A stretch of 64,000 nt of DNA, taken from positions 1 to 64,000 of IMG/VR virus record IMGVR_UViG_3300032050_000036; one strand, 5' to 3'. A model generated the notes under the pieces. The model was given only the letters and a program-made list of their open reading frames with translations. It ran no database searches and was not told the DNA's origin. Origin of the DNA: a virus. Each line of letters begins with the position of its first letter. Positions within the stretch are counted from its first letter, which is position 1. Positions 19,361-29,600 of this stretch are shown piece by piece. A program made the translations under genes and the position numbers.

Positions 19361-19993
19361 ATGGCGTATTTTGACTCTAGTGGCAAGATTGTTTACGATG
19401 ATTATCCGTCTACCCCAGATGTAAATATGACGTGGAAACCTGGAACATTAATTCCAAGTGAGGAAGCACTTAACTCATATCTAGACTCCATTACTGGTCT
19501 TAATGCTACTCCAGATAATCCAGATATTATGCTTAATCTTCAAAATGATTCATCTTCTGTCAAGCCAGCAACCCCAGAAATTATTTTATTTAATGATGAT
19601 GTAGTTCCTATTGAAATAATGACAGATCTTATTTTTGAAAATATTGGTGGACAAGAATTAATTGACATTACAAGATCAGAATTAATCAATGGTCAGGATG
19701 TTCTGTATCAACCAATTAAAAATCTCAGTAGTGTTTATTTTCAATATAACCCACAAAATATTTTAGCCCTTCAAGATATTGATGCCAACTATTTTAAAAA
19801 ATTTCCAATTAACTTTAACTCAAAAATACCAGAATGTGGTACTGGGCCAGACTGCTCTATAGTCTATATAGACACAGAAACTGGAGATTTGGTAATTAAT
19901 GTAATTAATCTAGCCAATGATGAACAGGTTGAAGTATCTATTATTTCTGATGGACAAGTATTAGATGATACAATATACGAGGTGAATTTATGA
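19361..19993 (+). CDS. Minor tail protein
   Basis: Synteny in the tail-tip operon. Confidence 0.5.
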   Translation: MAYFDSSGKIVYDDYPSTPDVNMTWKPGTLIPSEEALNSYLDSITGLNATPDNPDIMLNLQNDSSSVKPATPEIILFNDDVVPIEIMTDLIFENIGGQELIDITRSELINGQDVLYQPIKNLSSVYFQYNPQNILALQDIDANYFKKFPINFNSKIPECGTGPDCSIVYIDTETGDLVINVINLANDEQVEVSIISDGQVLDDTIYEVNL

Positions 19994-21108
19994 TAACTAA
20001 TATAGGAAAGAATATTTTAGCCAAATATCTAATTGGGCAGGCTCCAGCCTATGCCTCATATATTGCTATCGGTTGTGGGGCACAACCATTGGCTACAAAC
20101 CAAAATTTTGGAGATTATTCTGCAAAACAAACTTTAGATTTTGAAATGTTTAGAGTTCCAATAACCTCTCGTGGATATGTAAATGACTCTGGTGTTAATA
20201 AGATTGTTTTAACTGCGGAACTGCCAACGGACGAAAGATACGAGATTTCTGAAGTTGGTGTATTTTCTGCTGGATCAAACCCATCTGCAGGAGCATACGA
20301 CAGTAGATCTTTATTTGCTTTTACTGTAAATGAAAATTGGGAATATCATACTAGCGATACCGCAACTGCCCTACCAATTATTTATGAACCTTTAGATGGT
20401 ACTTTAGAAGATGGAAATATAAATCAGACTGATCTTGTATTTCAAACAAATTCAGATAATAGATTATTTACTAATACAGATAGAATTGAAAGATACGAAC
20501 GTGCTAGATTTTTTAATAATATTGTAATGATGAGGGGGGATACTTCAGACCTAACTGTAGTAGATAACCATTTATCAATAGGAACTAACACTAATCATAT
20601 TCATCTTTTAGGTACCTCCTTGGATTTTAATAAAAATGCTCCAACAGATCAAATTAAATTAGCATTTAGTATTATTAATAAAGATCCAGATCCTTCAATA
20701 GTTCCAGATGAGGTAAGAATTCTTCTGGAGTTTGCAGAAAGCGATACTGCTGGCACTGGAGAGTGGGCACGTTTTGAAGTAGTGATGTCTTCTGATGACT
20801 ATGATTTTGTTAATAACAGATACTATGTAATAACTAAAGAATTACAAGAATTATACAAGAGTACAGGATTTACTTGGAATAATGTTAGTATTGTTAAAAT
20901 ATATTCAAATGTTATTAATAATGGTTCTTTCTCATCAGATTTCTATATAGGGTTAGATGCAATTAGATTTGAAAATATATCAACAACAAACCCAGTATAT
21001 GGTTTGACTGGCTATACTGTATTAAAAAATACAAATGCAGAAACTATCATTAAGGCAGCAAATACAACAAATTATTTAGAATTTAGATTTGCAATGGATG
21101 TGCAATAG
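19990..21108 (+). CDS. Minor tail / fibre-base protein
   Basis: MITNIGK...YIAIGCG...ISEVGVF N-terminal motif typical of tail fibre/baseplate proteins. Confidence 0.6.
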   Translation: MITNIGKNILAKYLIGQAPAYASYIAIGCGAQPLATNQNFGDYSAKQTLDFEMFRVPITSRGYVNDSGVNKIVLTAELPTDERYEISEVGVFSAGSNPSAGAYDSRSLFAFTVNENWEYHTSDTATALPIIYEPLDGTLEDGNINQTDLVFQTNSDNRLFTNTDRIERYERARFFNNIVMMRGDTSDLTVVDNHLSIGTNTNHIHLLGTSLDFNKNAPTDQIKLAFSIINKDPDPSIVPDEVRILLEFAESDTAGTGEWARFEVVMSSDDYDFVNNRYYVITKELQELYKSTGFTWNNVSIVKIYSNVINNGSFSSDFYIGLDAIRFENISTTNPVYGLTGYTVLKNTNAETIIKAANTTNYLEFRFAMDVQ

Positions 21109-21548
21109 TGGCAACTCCAGATCGTGGAATTAAAAAAATAATTATTCCAAAATCTAAACTACCTGGATTTTTTGGAGATAACAGGCAATACGTATTAAGA
21201 TATAGATTTATATCTGAAGATAAAAATAGAACATCCCACTGGTCTCCAGTTTATAAAATTCTTGCAGAAGACACGCCATCAGAAATATTAAATAGCATGA
21301 TTATTGATACACAAAATAAAGTAATTAATTTAGCCTGGGAGCCTCAAGCAAATGTTGAAGAGTATTATATCTATATTAAATGGAACAATAGTGGCTGGCA
21401 ATATTATACTAAAACATCACAGACAAATTATTCTATAGTATATTCAGCAGATAAAGAATATGTTCATATAGCAGTTCAGGTAAAAACTATACCACTAGAA
21501 AGATTTGCAGATTCTGAATTGTTTGAAAATGAGGGTAGTCTGATATAA
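21108..21548 (+). CDS. Minor tail protein with FN3-like domain
   Basis: INLAWEP...YYIY..W pattern; synteny. Confidence 0.5.
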   Translation: MATPDRGIKKIIIPKSKLPGFFGDNRQYVLRYRFISEDKNRTSHWSPVYKILAEDTPSEILNSMIIDTQNKVINLAWEPQANVEEYYIYIKWNNSGWQYYTKTSQTNYSIVYSADKEYVHIAVQVKTIPLERFADSELFENEGSLI

Positions 21549-21564
21549 TTAGACAGGAGGAACT

Positions 21565-22008
21565 ATGGCAAAAATACCACTACCAGAATTAGGTCAACCA
21601 TTAGATGTATCGTATATATATCAAATAGCAAATGCACTTAATGAATTATCTTTACAGGTCTCGCCTGCAATTTATAAATATGTTACAGTAGATGTACCAA
21701 ATGGGGTTCAGCAAAATGCAAAAGCATCTGAGACCAGAATAATTGCAGGTTATACGGATGTTGTAAAAAGTGCAAATCAGAGTGTAGGAACTCAGCAAAC
21801 CTTTACATACAATTTTCCAGCAGATTTTAAATTTGCACCAATTGTAACCGCTACACCAGTAAACATTGGTGCAACTGAAGCAGGTAAAAATGTTTCTGTT
21901 GTAATTAAATCTATAACTACTTCTAAAGTAGATGGAGTTGTAAATTTTAATTCTACTGGAGATGTCTCAATCGGCGTTAATTTAATTATCGTCGGCATAC
22001 CTAATTAA
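21565..22008 (+). CDS. Tail-tip protein with gp53-like / H-type lectin-like C-terminus
   Basis: TFTYNFPADFKFAPIVTAT...VNLIIVG; AGGAGG RBS; TGATATAAT at 21541. Confidence 0.55.
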   Translation: MAKIPLPELGQPLDVSYIYQIANALNELSLQVSPAIYKYVTVDVPNGVQQNAKASETRIIAGYTDVVKSANQSVGTQQTFTYNFPADFKFAPIVTATPVNIGATEAGKNVSVVIKSITTSKVDGVVNFNSTGDVSIGVNLIIVGIPN

Positions 22009-22199
22009 TGATAAAGTGCAAAAAATGTCAAAAAAATATGATGGTAGATAGAGTTTATAACTCTATTTCTCATTTAGAAATATATTGTTTTAAATGTGGA
22101 TCACGAAGATTTTTTCATCCACCGTCCGACTCTAAGGAAGGAAGATGGCTACTAGAAAAGGAAATAAAACGAGCGAAGAGTACAATAGCGCCCCTGTAA
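22008..22199 (+). CDS. Small zinc-ribbon protein
   Basis: CKKC...CFKC. Confidence 0.6.
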   Translation: MIKCKKCQKNMMVDRVYNSISHLEIYCFKCGSRRFFHPPSDSKEGRWLLEKEIKRAKSTIAPL

Positions 22200-22687
22200 T
22201 TCCTGGAAATAAAAAGGTTTGGTTTCTTAATGGCAGTTTAGTGCGTGTACATCATCTTAATAGATCAAATGGTATTATGTCTGTTTATAATATAACAAAA
22301 GATCAAATAGAAAGTTGTTTGATAAATGATTTTAAAAATAAAAGAGAAAGAGCGTATACAGTAGGAGAAACTGCTGACTTAGTTAATAGGCATAAAAAAT
22401 ATATGCCATCATTAATGAAACGAGGAATAATTCCCTTCCCCACTGGATCACAAAAAGGCGGAGAACGAGGATGGCAAGTAAGAAGTTATTACTCTGAATC
22501 GCAAGTAAAAGAGATTCGTGATATACTGGCAACATACCATATTGGTAGACCACGAAAAGATAATTTAATAACAAATGATATTACGCCCAGCAAGGCTGAG
22601 TTGACACGAAGAATGGGCGATGGTATACTTACATATACAAAGACTGAAGATGGTAGATTTATACCAATTTGGTCAGAATCAATATAA
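22145..22687 (+). CDS. DNA-binding protein with MerR-like HTH
   Basis: AYTVGETADLVNRH...RGIIP...RSYYSESQV. Confidence 0.6.
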   Translation: MATRKGNKTSEEYNSAPVIPGNKKVWFLNGSLVRVHHLNRSNGIMSVYNITKDQIESCLINDFKNKRERAYTVGETADLVNRHKKYMPSLMKRGIIPFPTGSQKGGERGWQVRSYYSESQVKEIRDILATYHIGRPRKDNLITNDITPSKAELTRRMGDGILTYTKTEDGRFIPIWSESI

Positions 22688-22701
22688 CAGAAGGGTATGA
22701 A

Positions 22702-22908
22702 ATGGAAGATACAAAAGTTTCAGTAACACTTGGATATACACTCAATCTTGGAAATTTTCAGTCACTAAGGCTTGACCTTGGAGTTATAGACGCAAAGCGT
22801 GATGGTGAAAATACAGATCAAGCCTTTGAACGTGTTTACAAATTTGTTGAAGACAAGTTAACAGAAAAAATAGCAGAAGCAAAAGTTGAATTAGCCGAAG
22901 GCGAGTAA
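22702..22908 (+). CDS. Conserved phage hypothetical protein
   Basis: VTLGYTLNLGNFQSLRLD motif; start moved to ATG 22702. Confidence 0.6.
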   Translation: MEDTKVSVTLGYTLNLGNFQSLRLDLGVIDAKRDGENTDQAFERVYKFVEDKLTEKIAEAKVELAEGE

Positions 22909-22909
22909 T

Positions 22910-23218
22910 GTGACAGAAAAACAGAAGCGATTTGCTCTGTTAAGTAGGTTTGATAAACATTATAAGTTTAAACTAGAACAAGAGCCACGCTATAACAAGT
23001 GGATTGAACAGTGGTCTGCTGATGCTTTAATAGAGTCATACGGGCTAGATGTTTGCTATCAATTGCTTGAATATTATTTTGAAGTAACAGAGAATCCATC
23101 GTGGAATCATTTTGCATATATTGCACATGATATACTTGAAAGAAAACAGGAACAAGAAAAAGATTTAATGGATAGATCACAACGTAGAATAATGGCAAAG
23201 GAGTGGCTGGGTGAATAA
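22910..23218 (+). CDS. Hypothetical protein upstream of helicase (possible loader)
   Basis: Overlaps the dnaB start; function inferred from position only. Confidence 0.45.
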   Translation: MTEKQKRFALLSRFDKHYKFKLEQEPRYNKWIEQWSADALIESYGLDVCYQLLEYYFEVTENPSWNHFAYIAHDILERKQEQEKDLMDRSQRRIMAKEWLGE

Positions 23219-24437
23219 TACAGAGTCAAAATTAATCTCAGCCGTATTAAAAGATAAGCAGGCCCATGTTTTATTACAGGCCAACATAGAAAATATATTA
23301 GTTACACATGTTGATGTATGGCATTTTATTAGAAAGTATTATGAGAATAATGCCACAGTACCTCCTACCGATTTAGTAGTAGAAAAATTTAGAGATTTTG
23401 AACCAGTTGCTGGAGTTGGATCTACCAAACATCATCTTGAAGAGTTGCAGGCAGAATACCTTACAAATAGTTTAAAGGATATTATTAGATCTGCTGCTAC
23501 AGATGTTCAGGGCGGACAGGGTGTTGAAGCACTTGAAACACTTATTACAAAAACAGCAGAACTAAGAAAAAATACTGCAGCCATTCGTGATATCGATGTA
23601 ACAGATTTAGATTCTGCTGTTGCATATTTTGAAAATTTAAAAAAGCAACAAGAGGCTGGTGCTATAGGAATTAAGACAGGCCTTCCAGGATTCGATAACT
23701 ACCTACCCTCTGGAATCATGCCAGGGCAGTTAGGAGTCTTTCTTGCATATCCAGGTATAGGAAAGTCATGGTTGTCTCTCTATTTCGCTGTGCAGGCCTG
23801 GAAACAGGGTCGTAGCCCTATGATCATTAGCCTTGAAATGTCTGAGGTTGAAGTTAGAAATCGTGTGTTTGCTATCATGGGTGAAGGATTGTGGTCACAC
23901 CGCAAGTTAAGCGCTGGACAAATAGAAATGGACATGCTTAAGTCTTGGCATGCTAAGCATGTTCACGGTAAGCCAGAGTTTCATATCATTTCAAATGATA
24001 CAGGTGGAGATATTACCCCATTAGTTTTGCGTGGAAAAATTGATCAATATAAACCAGACTTTGTTATTGTTGATTATTTGCAACTCATGAGTCCAAACCA
24101 AAAGTCAGATAATGAAACTGTTCGTATGAAGAATCTTTCTCGTGAATTAAAATTAATGGCTATCTCAGAAGAGGTTCCAATTATTGCAATCTCATCTGCA
24201 ACTCCAGACGATGTTACAAAACTTGAGACCGTACCAACGCTTGGTCAAACAGCATGGTCAAGACAAATTGCCTATGATGCTGACTGGGTTTTGGCACTTG
24301 GTAGAGGTACAAATAGCGATATTATTGAGTGTGTGTTCCGTAAGAATCGTAACGGTTTTATGGGGGAATTCTTAGTACAGGCTGATTTTGACAAGGGATA
24401 TTACAGATATAAAGATTATGAAGATAAGTCAGTATAA
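23211..24437 (+). CDS. dnaB: Replicative DnaB-like helicase
   Basis: Walker A AYPGIGKS, SLEMS, VIVDYLQLM, SRELKLMA, IAYDAD, KNRNG. Confidence 0.95.
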   Translation: MNNTESKLISAVLKDKQAHVLLQANIENILVTHVDVWHFIRKYYENNATVPPTDLVVEKFRDFEPVAGVGSTKHHLEELQAEYLTNSLKDIIRSAATDVQGGQGVEALETLITKTAELRKNTAAIRDIDVTDLDSAVAYFENLKKQQEAGAIGIKTGLPGFDNYLPSGIMPGQLGVFLAYPGIGKSWLSLYFAVQAWKQGRSPMIISLEMSEVEVRNRVFAIMGEGLWSHRKLSAGQIEMDMLKSWHAKHVHGKPEFHIISNDTGGDITPLVLRGKIDQYKPDFVIVDYLQLMSPNQKSDNETVRMKNLSRELKLMAISEEVPIIAISSATPDDVTKLETVPTLGQTAWSRQIAYDADWVLALGRGTNSDIIECVFRKNRNGFMGEFLVQADFDKGYYRYKDYEDKSV

Positions 24438-24445
24438 TATGCGGT

Positions 24446-24772
24446 ATGGAGATATATCAGCACAAGCCCATCAAAAGGTTTGGTTTGGACGGGATCATCA
24501 ATGATGACTCTGCCATATACAGATTACAGCAAGAATATATCAGATTACTGGTATCAGAAATGCGAATATCTGGTTATGCTCCTAGATTTGACATTGATCC
24601 ACAATTTACACTATCATATAATGAAAACAAAAACTACTTTGAATTTAAACTAAGCGTATATGGAATATATATCGGGAGAAAGAAAGCAGAATGGATACTA
24701 GGAATAGACGGAACGAAGCCAGTGTATACACAACCAGCCAAGTTAAAAGAGTACTCTCAGGATCTGGCATAA
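24446..24772 (+). CDS. Hypothetical protein (leaderless)
   Basis: TATAAT at 24433-24438, 7 nt before the ATG. Confidence 0.65.
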   Translation: MEIYQHKPIKRFGLDGIINDDSAIYRLQQEYIRLLVSEMRISGYAPRFDIDPQFTLSYNENKNYFEFKLSVYGIYIGRKKAEWILGIDGTKPVYTQPAKLKEYSQDLA

Positions 24773-25635
24773 CTATAGAAAAAGAAGCAGAGTCTGAGTA
24801 TATAGTATTTTGTCCTTTTCATTCAAACCATAGAACACCTGCTGGAGAAATAAATAAGTTTAGTGGATTGTTTTTTTGTTTTTCTTGTAGCAAGACAGCA
24901 GACTTAGTAGAACTTGTAATGCATTTTTCTAATAGAACATATTTTGAGGCTGTTAGATTTATTAAGAGTAAAGAGGTTGAAACAAATATTTTATCTGAGG
25001 TCAACCACAAGTTAGTTGAAAAAGAAGAGTGGACAGAGTTTGATATTTCTGTTGTAGATAGATTACATGAACAAGCACTTGTTTCTGAAAGAGCAAAAGA
25101 TTATTTTGTTAAAAGAAAGATTACCAAAGAGTCTGTAATTAAATTTAAACTTGGCTACTCTGAAAATCAGGACATGATATCAATACCAGTATATAACCAC
25201 GAGGGCCTATGCGTTGGTTTTGTAGCAAGGTCAGTTGAAGGTAAAGAATTTAAGAATACAACAAAACTACCTAAGTCTAAATTATTATTTAATTTAAATA
25301 AAGTTAAAACTGCATCTAAAGTCTATGTAGTAGAGTCATCATTTGATGCTATCAGACTAGATCAGGTTGGCTTTCCAGCAGTAGCAACACTGGGTGCAAA
25401 TGTGTCATCTAAACAAATAGATTTGCTTCAAAGATATTTTAGTGATATAATCATTATTGCTGATAACGATGAGGCAGGCGGTAACATGAAAGAAAAAATA
25501 ATTGAAAGATTAAATGGAAGTGTTACTGTAATTAACTTAGACAAACAATATAAAGATATAGGCGATATGGACGATAAGTCAATAAAAGAATTGGAATACC
25601 AATTTGACAAATCAATACTGTCTATGCTAAACTAG
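24691..25635 (+). CDS. dnaG: DNA primase
   Basis: CHC2 zinc finger CPFH...CFSC; TOPRIM VVESSFDA...DNDEAG...KDIGD. Confidence 0.92.
   Translation: MDTRNRRNEASVYTTSQVKRVLSGSGITIEKEAESEYIVFCPFHSNHRTPAGEINKFSGLFFCFSCSKTADLVELVMHFSNRTYFEAVRFIKSKEVETNILSEVNHKLVEKEEWTEFDISVVDRLHEQALVSERAKDYFVKRKITKESVIKFKLGYSENQDMISIPVYNHEGLCVGFVARSVEGKEFKNTTKLPKSKLLFNLNKVKTASKVYVVESSFDAIRLDQVGFPAVATLGANVSSKQIDLLQRYFSDIIIIADNDEAGGNMKEKIIERLNGSVTVINLDKQYKDIGDMDDKSIKELEYQFDKSILSMLN
25604..25633 (+). promoter_or_regulatory. Sigma70/SigA-type promoter for ssb-dnaE
   Basis: TTGACA-N18-TAAACT with extended TG. Confidence 0.7.
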
Positions 25636-25655
25636 ATAAAACAAAGGAGAAAAAT

Positions 25656-26318
25656 ATGAGCGTTATTAAGGGACTAAAAAATATCAATGCCCTGCTCGAC
25701 AAGAAAAATGATGAAGGCGCACCAAAGGTACGCTGGTTGAAGTTAGCCGATGGACAATCTGTGAAGATTCGTTTTATTGAAGAACTTGATGAAGACTCTG
25801 CACATTACACGGAGGGTCGTGGACTTGCTCTTGTTGTTAAAGAACATACTAATCCAAAAGATTATAAGCGCAAGGCTGTAGATACTTTGGATACTGAAGG
25901 CCGTGACTGGGCAGAAGAAATGTATCGCAAAGATCCAAAGGGAAATAGCGGATGGCGTGGTCGTCTTCGTTTTTATTGCAATGTTCTTGTTGATGACGGA
26001 ATCGAAGATAAGCCCTATGTTGCAATTTGGTCAATGGGTGTAAGCAAGCAGTCTGCATTTAATACAATTCGTGAGTATGCTCTTGAAACAGGAAGCATCT
26101 CCAACCTTACATGGAAGTTAAAGCGTAATGGTCAGGGAACTGAAACATCATATACTTTAATTCCTTCTGCTCCAGATAAGGAGCCTTTTAATTGGGAAGG
26201 TCTTGAGCCATATCCATTAGAGAAAGCATTGCGACGTGTTCCATATGCAGAACAAGAAGCATTCTATCTTGGATTTGATTCGCCTTCATCTACATCAGCG
26301 ACTAATATCGACTGGTAG
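25656..26318 (+). CDS. ssb: Single-stranded DNA-binding protein (gp32-like)
   Basis: KLADGQSVKIRF...KLKRNGQGTETSYTL, acidic tail ending in W; between primase and polymerase. Confidence 0.75.
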   Translation: MSVIKGLKNINALLDKKNDEGAPKVRWLKLADGQSVKIRFIEELDEDSAHYTEGRGLALVVKEHTNPKDYKRKAVDTLDTEGRDWAEEMYRKDPKGNSGWRGRLRFYCNVLVDDGIEDKPYVAIWSMGVSKQSAFNTIREYALETGSISNLTWKLKRNGQGTETSYTLIPSAPDKEPFNWEGLEPYPLEKALRRVPYAEQEAFYLGFDSPSSTSATNIDW

Positions 26319-26321
26319 TAG

Positions 26322-29300
26322 ATGAACTACGTTCCATTACACTTACATACCCACTTTTCCTTATTTGATGGTATTGGGTTGCCATCTGAATATGTTGATC
26401 GTGCTACAAAGTTGGGTATGCCTGCAATAGCGATTACTGACCATGGCTCCCTTTCTGGCCACAGAGAAATGTATCGTGTTGCTAAGTCAAATGGAATAAA
26501 GCCTATTCTTGGCATAGAAGGGTATATGTGTGAAGATCGCTTTGATCAACGAGATAAAAGCGAACGAACCGATCAGTTAGATATGGTTTATAATCATATA
26601 ATCCTTCTAGCCAAGAACAAGGTGGGCTTAGAAAACTTAAACAAACTAAATGAAATTGCTTGGACAGAAGGATATTATAAAAAGCCAAGAATAGACTTTG
26701 ACGTTTTGTCTAAGTACAAGGAAGGTATTATTGTATCTTCTGCTTGCCCAAGTGGAATTGTTGCTAAGTCAATAGAACTTGGCGAATTGGGCATGGCAAA
26801 GAAATATATTAAATGGTTTAAAGAAGAGTTTGGTGACGATTATTATCTTGAAGTTATGCCACATAATGATGAATCAATTAATAGAACAATACTACAGTTA
26901 GCAGATGAATTTAAAATCAAACCTATAGTTACACCTGACTGTCATCATGTTGATCAATCACAAAAAGAAATTCAGGAATTAAAATTAATTCTTAATACAT
27001 ATTCTAATAAAATTCAAAAAGATGCTACATACGAAAAGTCTAAGAAGCAAGGCGATTTAATGAAGCGACTTGATTATTTATATGGTGCAGATAGACAGAT
27101 GTCGTTTAATAAGTTTGATATTCATTTATTATCATATGAAGAAATCAAAGAGGCAATGGAAAAGCAGGCGGTATGGAGAACTGATATTTATGAAAATACC
27201 ATTGACCTTGCCAATAAGATTGAAGACTATGATATACAAGATGGACTAAATCTACTACCAGTTCAGTATAAAAATCCAGACAAACAACTTTCAGATCTTG
27301 CTTATCAAGGATTAAAAGATAAAGGTTTATTTGATAATCAGGTTTACATTGATAGACTTGAAGAAGAACTTAAAGTTATTAAAGATAAAAACTTTGGACC
27401 ATATTTTCTTGTTGTACAAAGCATGATTAGTTGGGCAAAGAAAGAAGGTATTATGGTTGGTCCAGGGCGTGGATCTTCTGCAGGATCTTTGCTTTGCTAT
27501 GCACTTGGAATTACTGATATTGACCCGATAGAGCATGGACTTTTGTTTTTTCGATTTATTAATCCTGAGCGTAATGACTTTCCAGATATTGATACAGATA
27601 TTCAAGACTCTCGTCGTGATGAAGTAAAAGATTATCTTGTTAGACAATACAAACATGTTGCTTCTATTGCAACATTTTTAGAATTTAAAGATAAGGGTGT
27701 TGTGCGAGATGTTGCTCGTGCATTAAATATACCATTAGTAGATGTAAACAAAGTCTTGAAGTTAGTAGATACTTGGGATGAGTATTGCTCATCTAAGACT
27801 ACTGCTTGGTTTAGAGAAAAATATCCAGAGGTGGAGCAATATGGAGAACAACTTCGTGGTCGTATTAGAGGTACTGGCATTCATGCTGCTGGTGTTGTCA
27901 CTAGTAAAAATCCTATTTTTAGGTACGCACCGATGGAGACACGTAATTCTCCTGGTTCCGATGAGCGCATTCCTGTTGTGGCGGTTGACATGGAAGAGGC
28001 TGAAAAAATCGGACTCATCAAGATCGACGCACTTGGTCTTAAAACCTTAAGCGTTATTAATGATACATTAAAAATTATTAAGGAGCGAGAAGGTACTGAG
28101 ATAAACCTTTTAAATCTTGATATGGATGATTCTAAGGTTTATCAGATGCTATCTGAAGGTTATACAAAAGGCGTATTTCAATGTGAAGCAACACCATATA
28201 CTAATCTGCTAGTTAAGATGGGTGTAAAAAATCTAGCAGAGTTATCCGCTTCAAACGCCTTAGTTCGTCCAGGAGCCATGAATACTATTGGTAAAGATTA
28301 TATTGAAAGAAAGCACGGTAGGCAGGCTGTAAATTATCTTCATCAAACCATGAAGCCTTTCACAGAAGAAACATATGGGTGTATCCTATACCAAGAGCAG
28401 GTTATGCAGGCCTGTGTTCAGTTAGGAGGAATGTCTTGGTCTGAGGCTGATAAGGTTCGTAAGATCATTGGCAAAAAGAAAGATGCTAGAGAGTTTGATG
28501 TTTTTCGTGATAAGTTCGTTGATGGGGCTTCTAAGTTTGTTAGTCCTAATCAGGCTCGTGATTTATGGCATGACTTTGAGGCGCATGCGGGCTATTCGTT
28601 CAACAAGTCTCATGCGGTTGCTTACTCTACGCTCTCGTATTGGACGGCATGGCTAAAGTATTATTATCCAATTGAGTTTATGTACTCATTGCTTAAGAAT
28701 GAAAGGGACAAAGATGCACGAACTGAATATCTTATTGAAGCGAAAAGAATGGGGATTAGCATTAAACTACCTCACATTAACGATTCGGATATTGATTTTA
28801 AAATTGAGGGCAAAGGCATTCGGTTTGGACTCTCGGGGATCAAGTTTATCTCTGATAAGATTGCAGAACGATATATATCGGCACGACCTTTTAAGTCTTT
28901 CGAGGAAGTTAAAACCTTTACATTTACAAAAGGTAATGGAGTCAACAGCAGAGCACTAGAGGCATTAAGAGTTATTGGTGCTGCTACATTTCCAGATAAT
29001 CCAAGAAACGATAATGAAATTCGTGAAAACCTATATGAGTATTTAGGTTTGCCAGAATTTACACAAACAGTTCCTTCGCATTATCATGCTTTTATCAATC
29101 AAGTAGAAGACTTTGAAGAAAAAGGATCGTTTATTCTTATGGGAATGGTAAAAGGAATTAAACGAGGAAAAGGTTGGTCTCGTGTTGAAATATTAGACAA
29201 AACAGGAAGTATTGGTGTATTTGATGAAGAACAAACCACAATTGAGGCTGGACGAAGTTATATTGCACTCTGTTCTGATAACAGAATTGTTAGTGCTGTT

Positions 29301-29600
29301 CCTGTGGACGAGATAAAAGGATCTGATTCTGCTTTAGTTAAATTCTTAAACTACAGGATGTTGCCATATAAGGATGACGAATTATTTGTGGTATCCTTTA
29401 AACCTAGGATAACGAAAGCAGGGAAAAAGATGGCTTCTCTAACTCTAGCAGACACATCTAGAGAACTTCATCCAGTAACAGTATTTCCTACTGCATTTGC
29501 TAAAGCATATATGAAGATTGAAGAAGGACACGCATATAAATTTGAATTAGGTAAAACTAAAGACGGTACAGTAATATTGGAGGATATAAATGTCGGTTAG
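26322..29600 (+). CDS. dnaE: DNA polymerase III alpha subunit
   Basis: PHP HLHTHFSLFDG/TDHG; GRGSSAGS; FPDIDTD; HAAGVV; KIDALGL; YSFNKSHA; OB folds. Confidence 0.97.
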   Translation: MNYVPLHLHTHFSLFDGIGLPSEYVDRATKLGMPAIAITDHGSLSGHREMYRVAKSNGIKPILGIEGYMCEDRFDQRDKSERTDQLDMVYNHIILLAKNKVGLENLNKLNEIAWTEGYYKKPRIDFDVLSKYKEGIIVSSACPSGIVAKSIELGELGMAKKYIKWFKEEFGDDYYLEVMPHNDESINRTILQLADEFKIKPIVTPDCHHVDQSQKEIQELKLILNTYSNKIQKDATYEKSKKQGDLMKRLDYLYGADRQMSFNKFDIHLLSYEEIKEAMEKQAVWRTDIYENTIDLANKIEDYDIQDGLNLLPVQYKNPDKQLSDLAYQGLKDKGLFDNQVYIDRLEEELKVIKDKNFGPYFLVVQSMISWAKKEGIMVGPGRGSSAGSLLCYALGITDIDPIEHGLLFFRFINPERNDFPDIDTDIQDSRRDEVKDYLVRQYKHVASIATFLEFKDKGVVRDVARALNIPLVDVNKVLKLVDTWDEYCSSKTTAWFREKYPEVEQYGEQLRGRIRGTGIHAAGVVTSKNPIFRYAPMETRNSPGSDERIPVVAVDMEEAEKIGLIKIDALGLKTLSVINDTLKIIKEREGTEINLLNLDMDDSKVYQMLSEGYTKGVFQCEATPYTNLLVKMGVKNLAELSASNALVRPGAMNTIGKDYIERKHGRQAVNYLHQTMKPFTEETYGCILYQEQVMQACVQLGGMSWSEADKVRKIIGKKKDAREFDVFRDKFVDGASKFVSPNQARDLWHDFEAHAGYSFNKSHAVAYSTLSYWTAWLKYYYPIEFMYSLLKNERDKDARTEYLIEAKRMGISIKLPHINDSDIDFKIEGKGIRFGLSGIKFISDKIAERYISARPFKSFEEVKTFTFTKGNGVNSRALEALRVIGAATFPDNPRNDNEIRENLYEYLGLPEFTQTVPSHYHAFINQVEDFEEKGSFILMGMVKGIKRGKGWSRVEILDKTGSIGVFDEEQTTIEAGRSYIALCSDNRIVSAVPVDEIKGSDSALVKFLNYRMLPYKDDELFVVSFKPRITKAGKKMASLTLADTSRELHPVTVFPTAFAKAYMKIEEGHAYKFELGKTKDGTVILEDINVG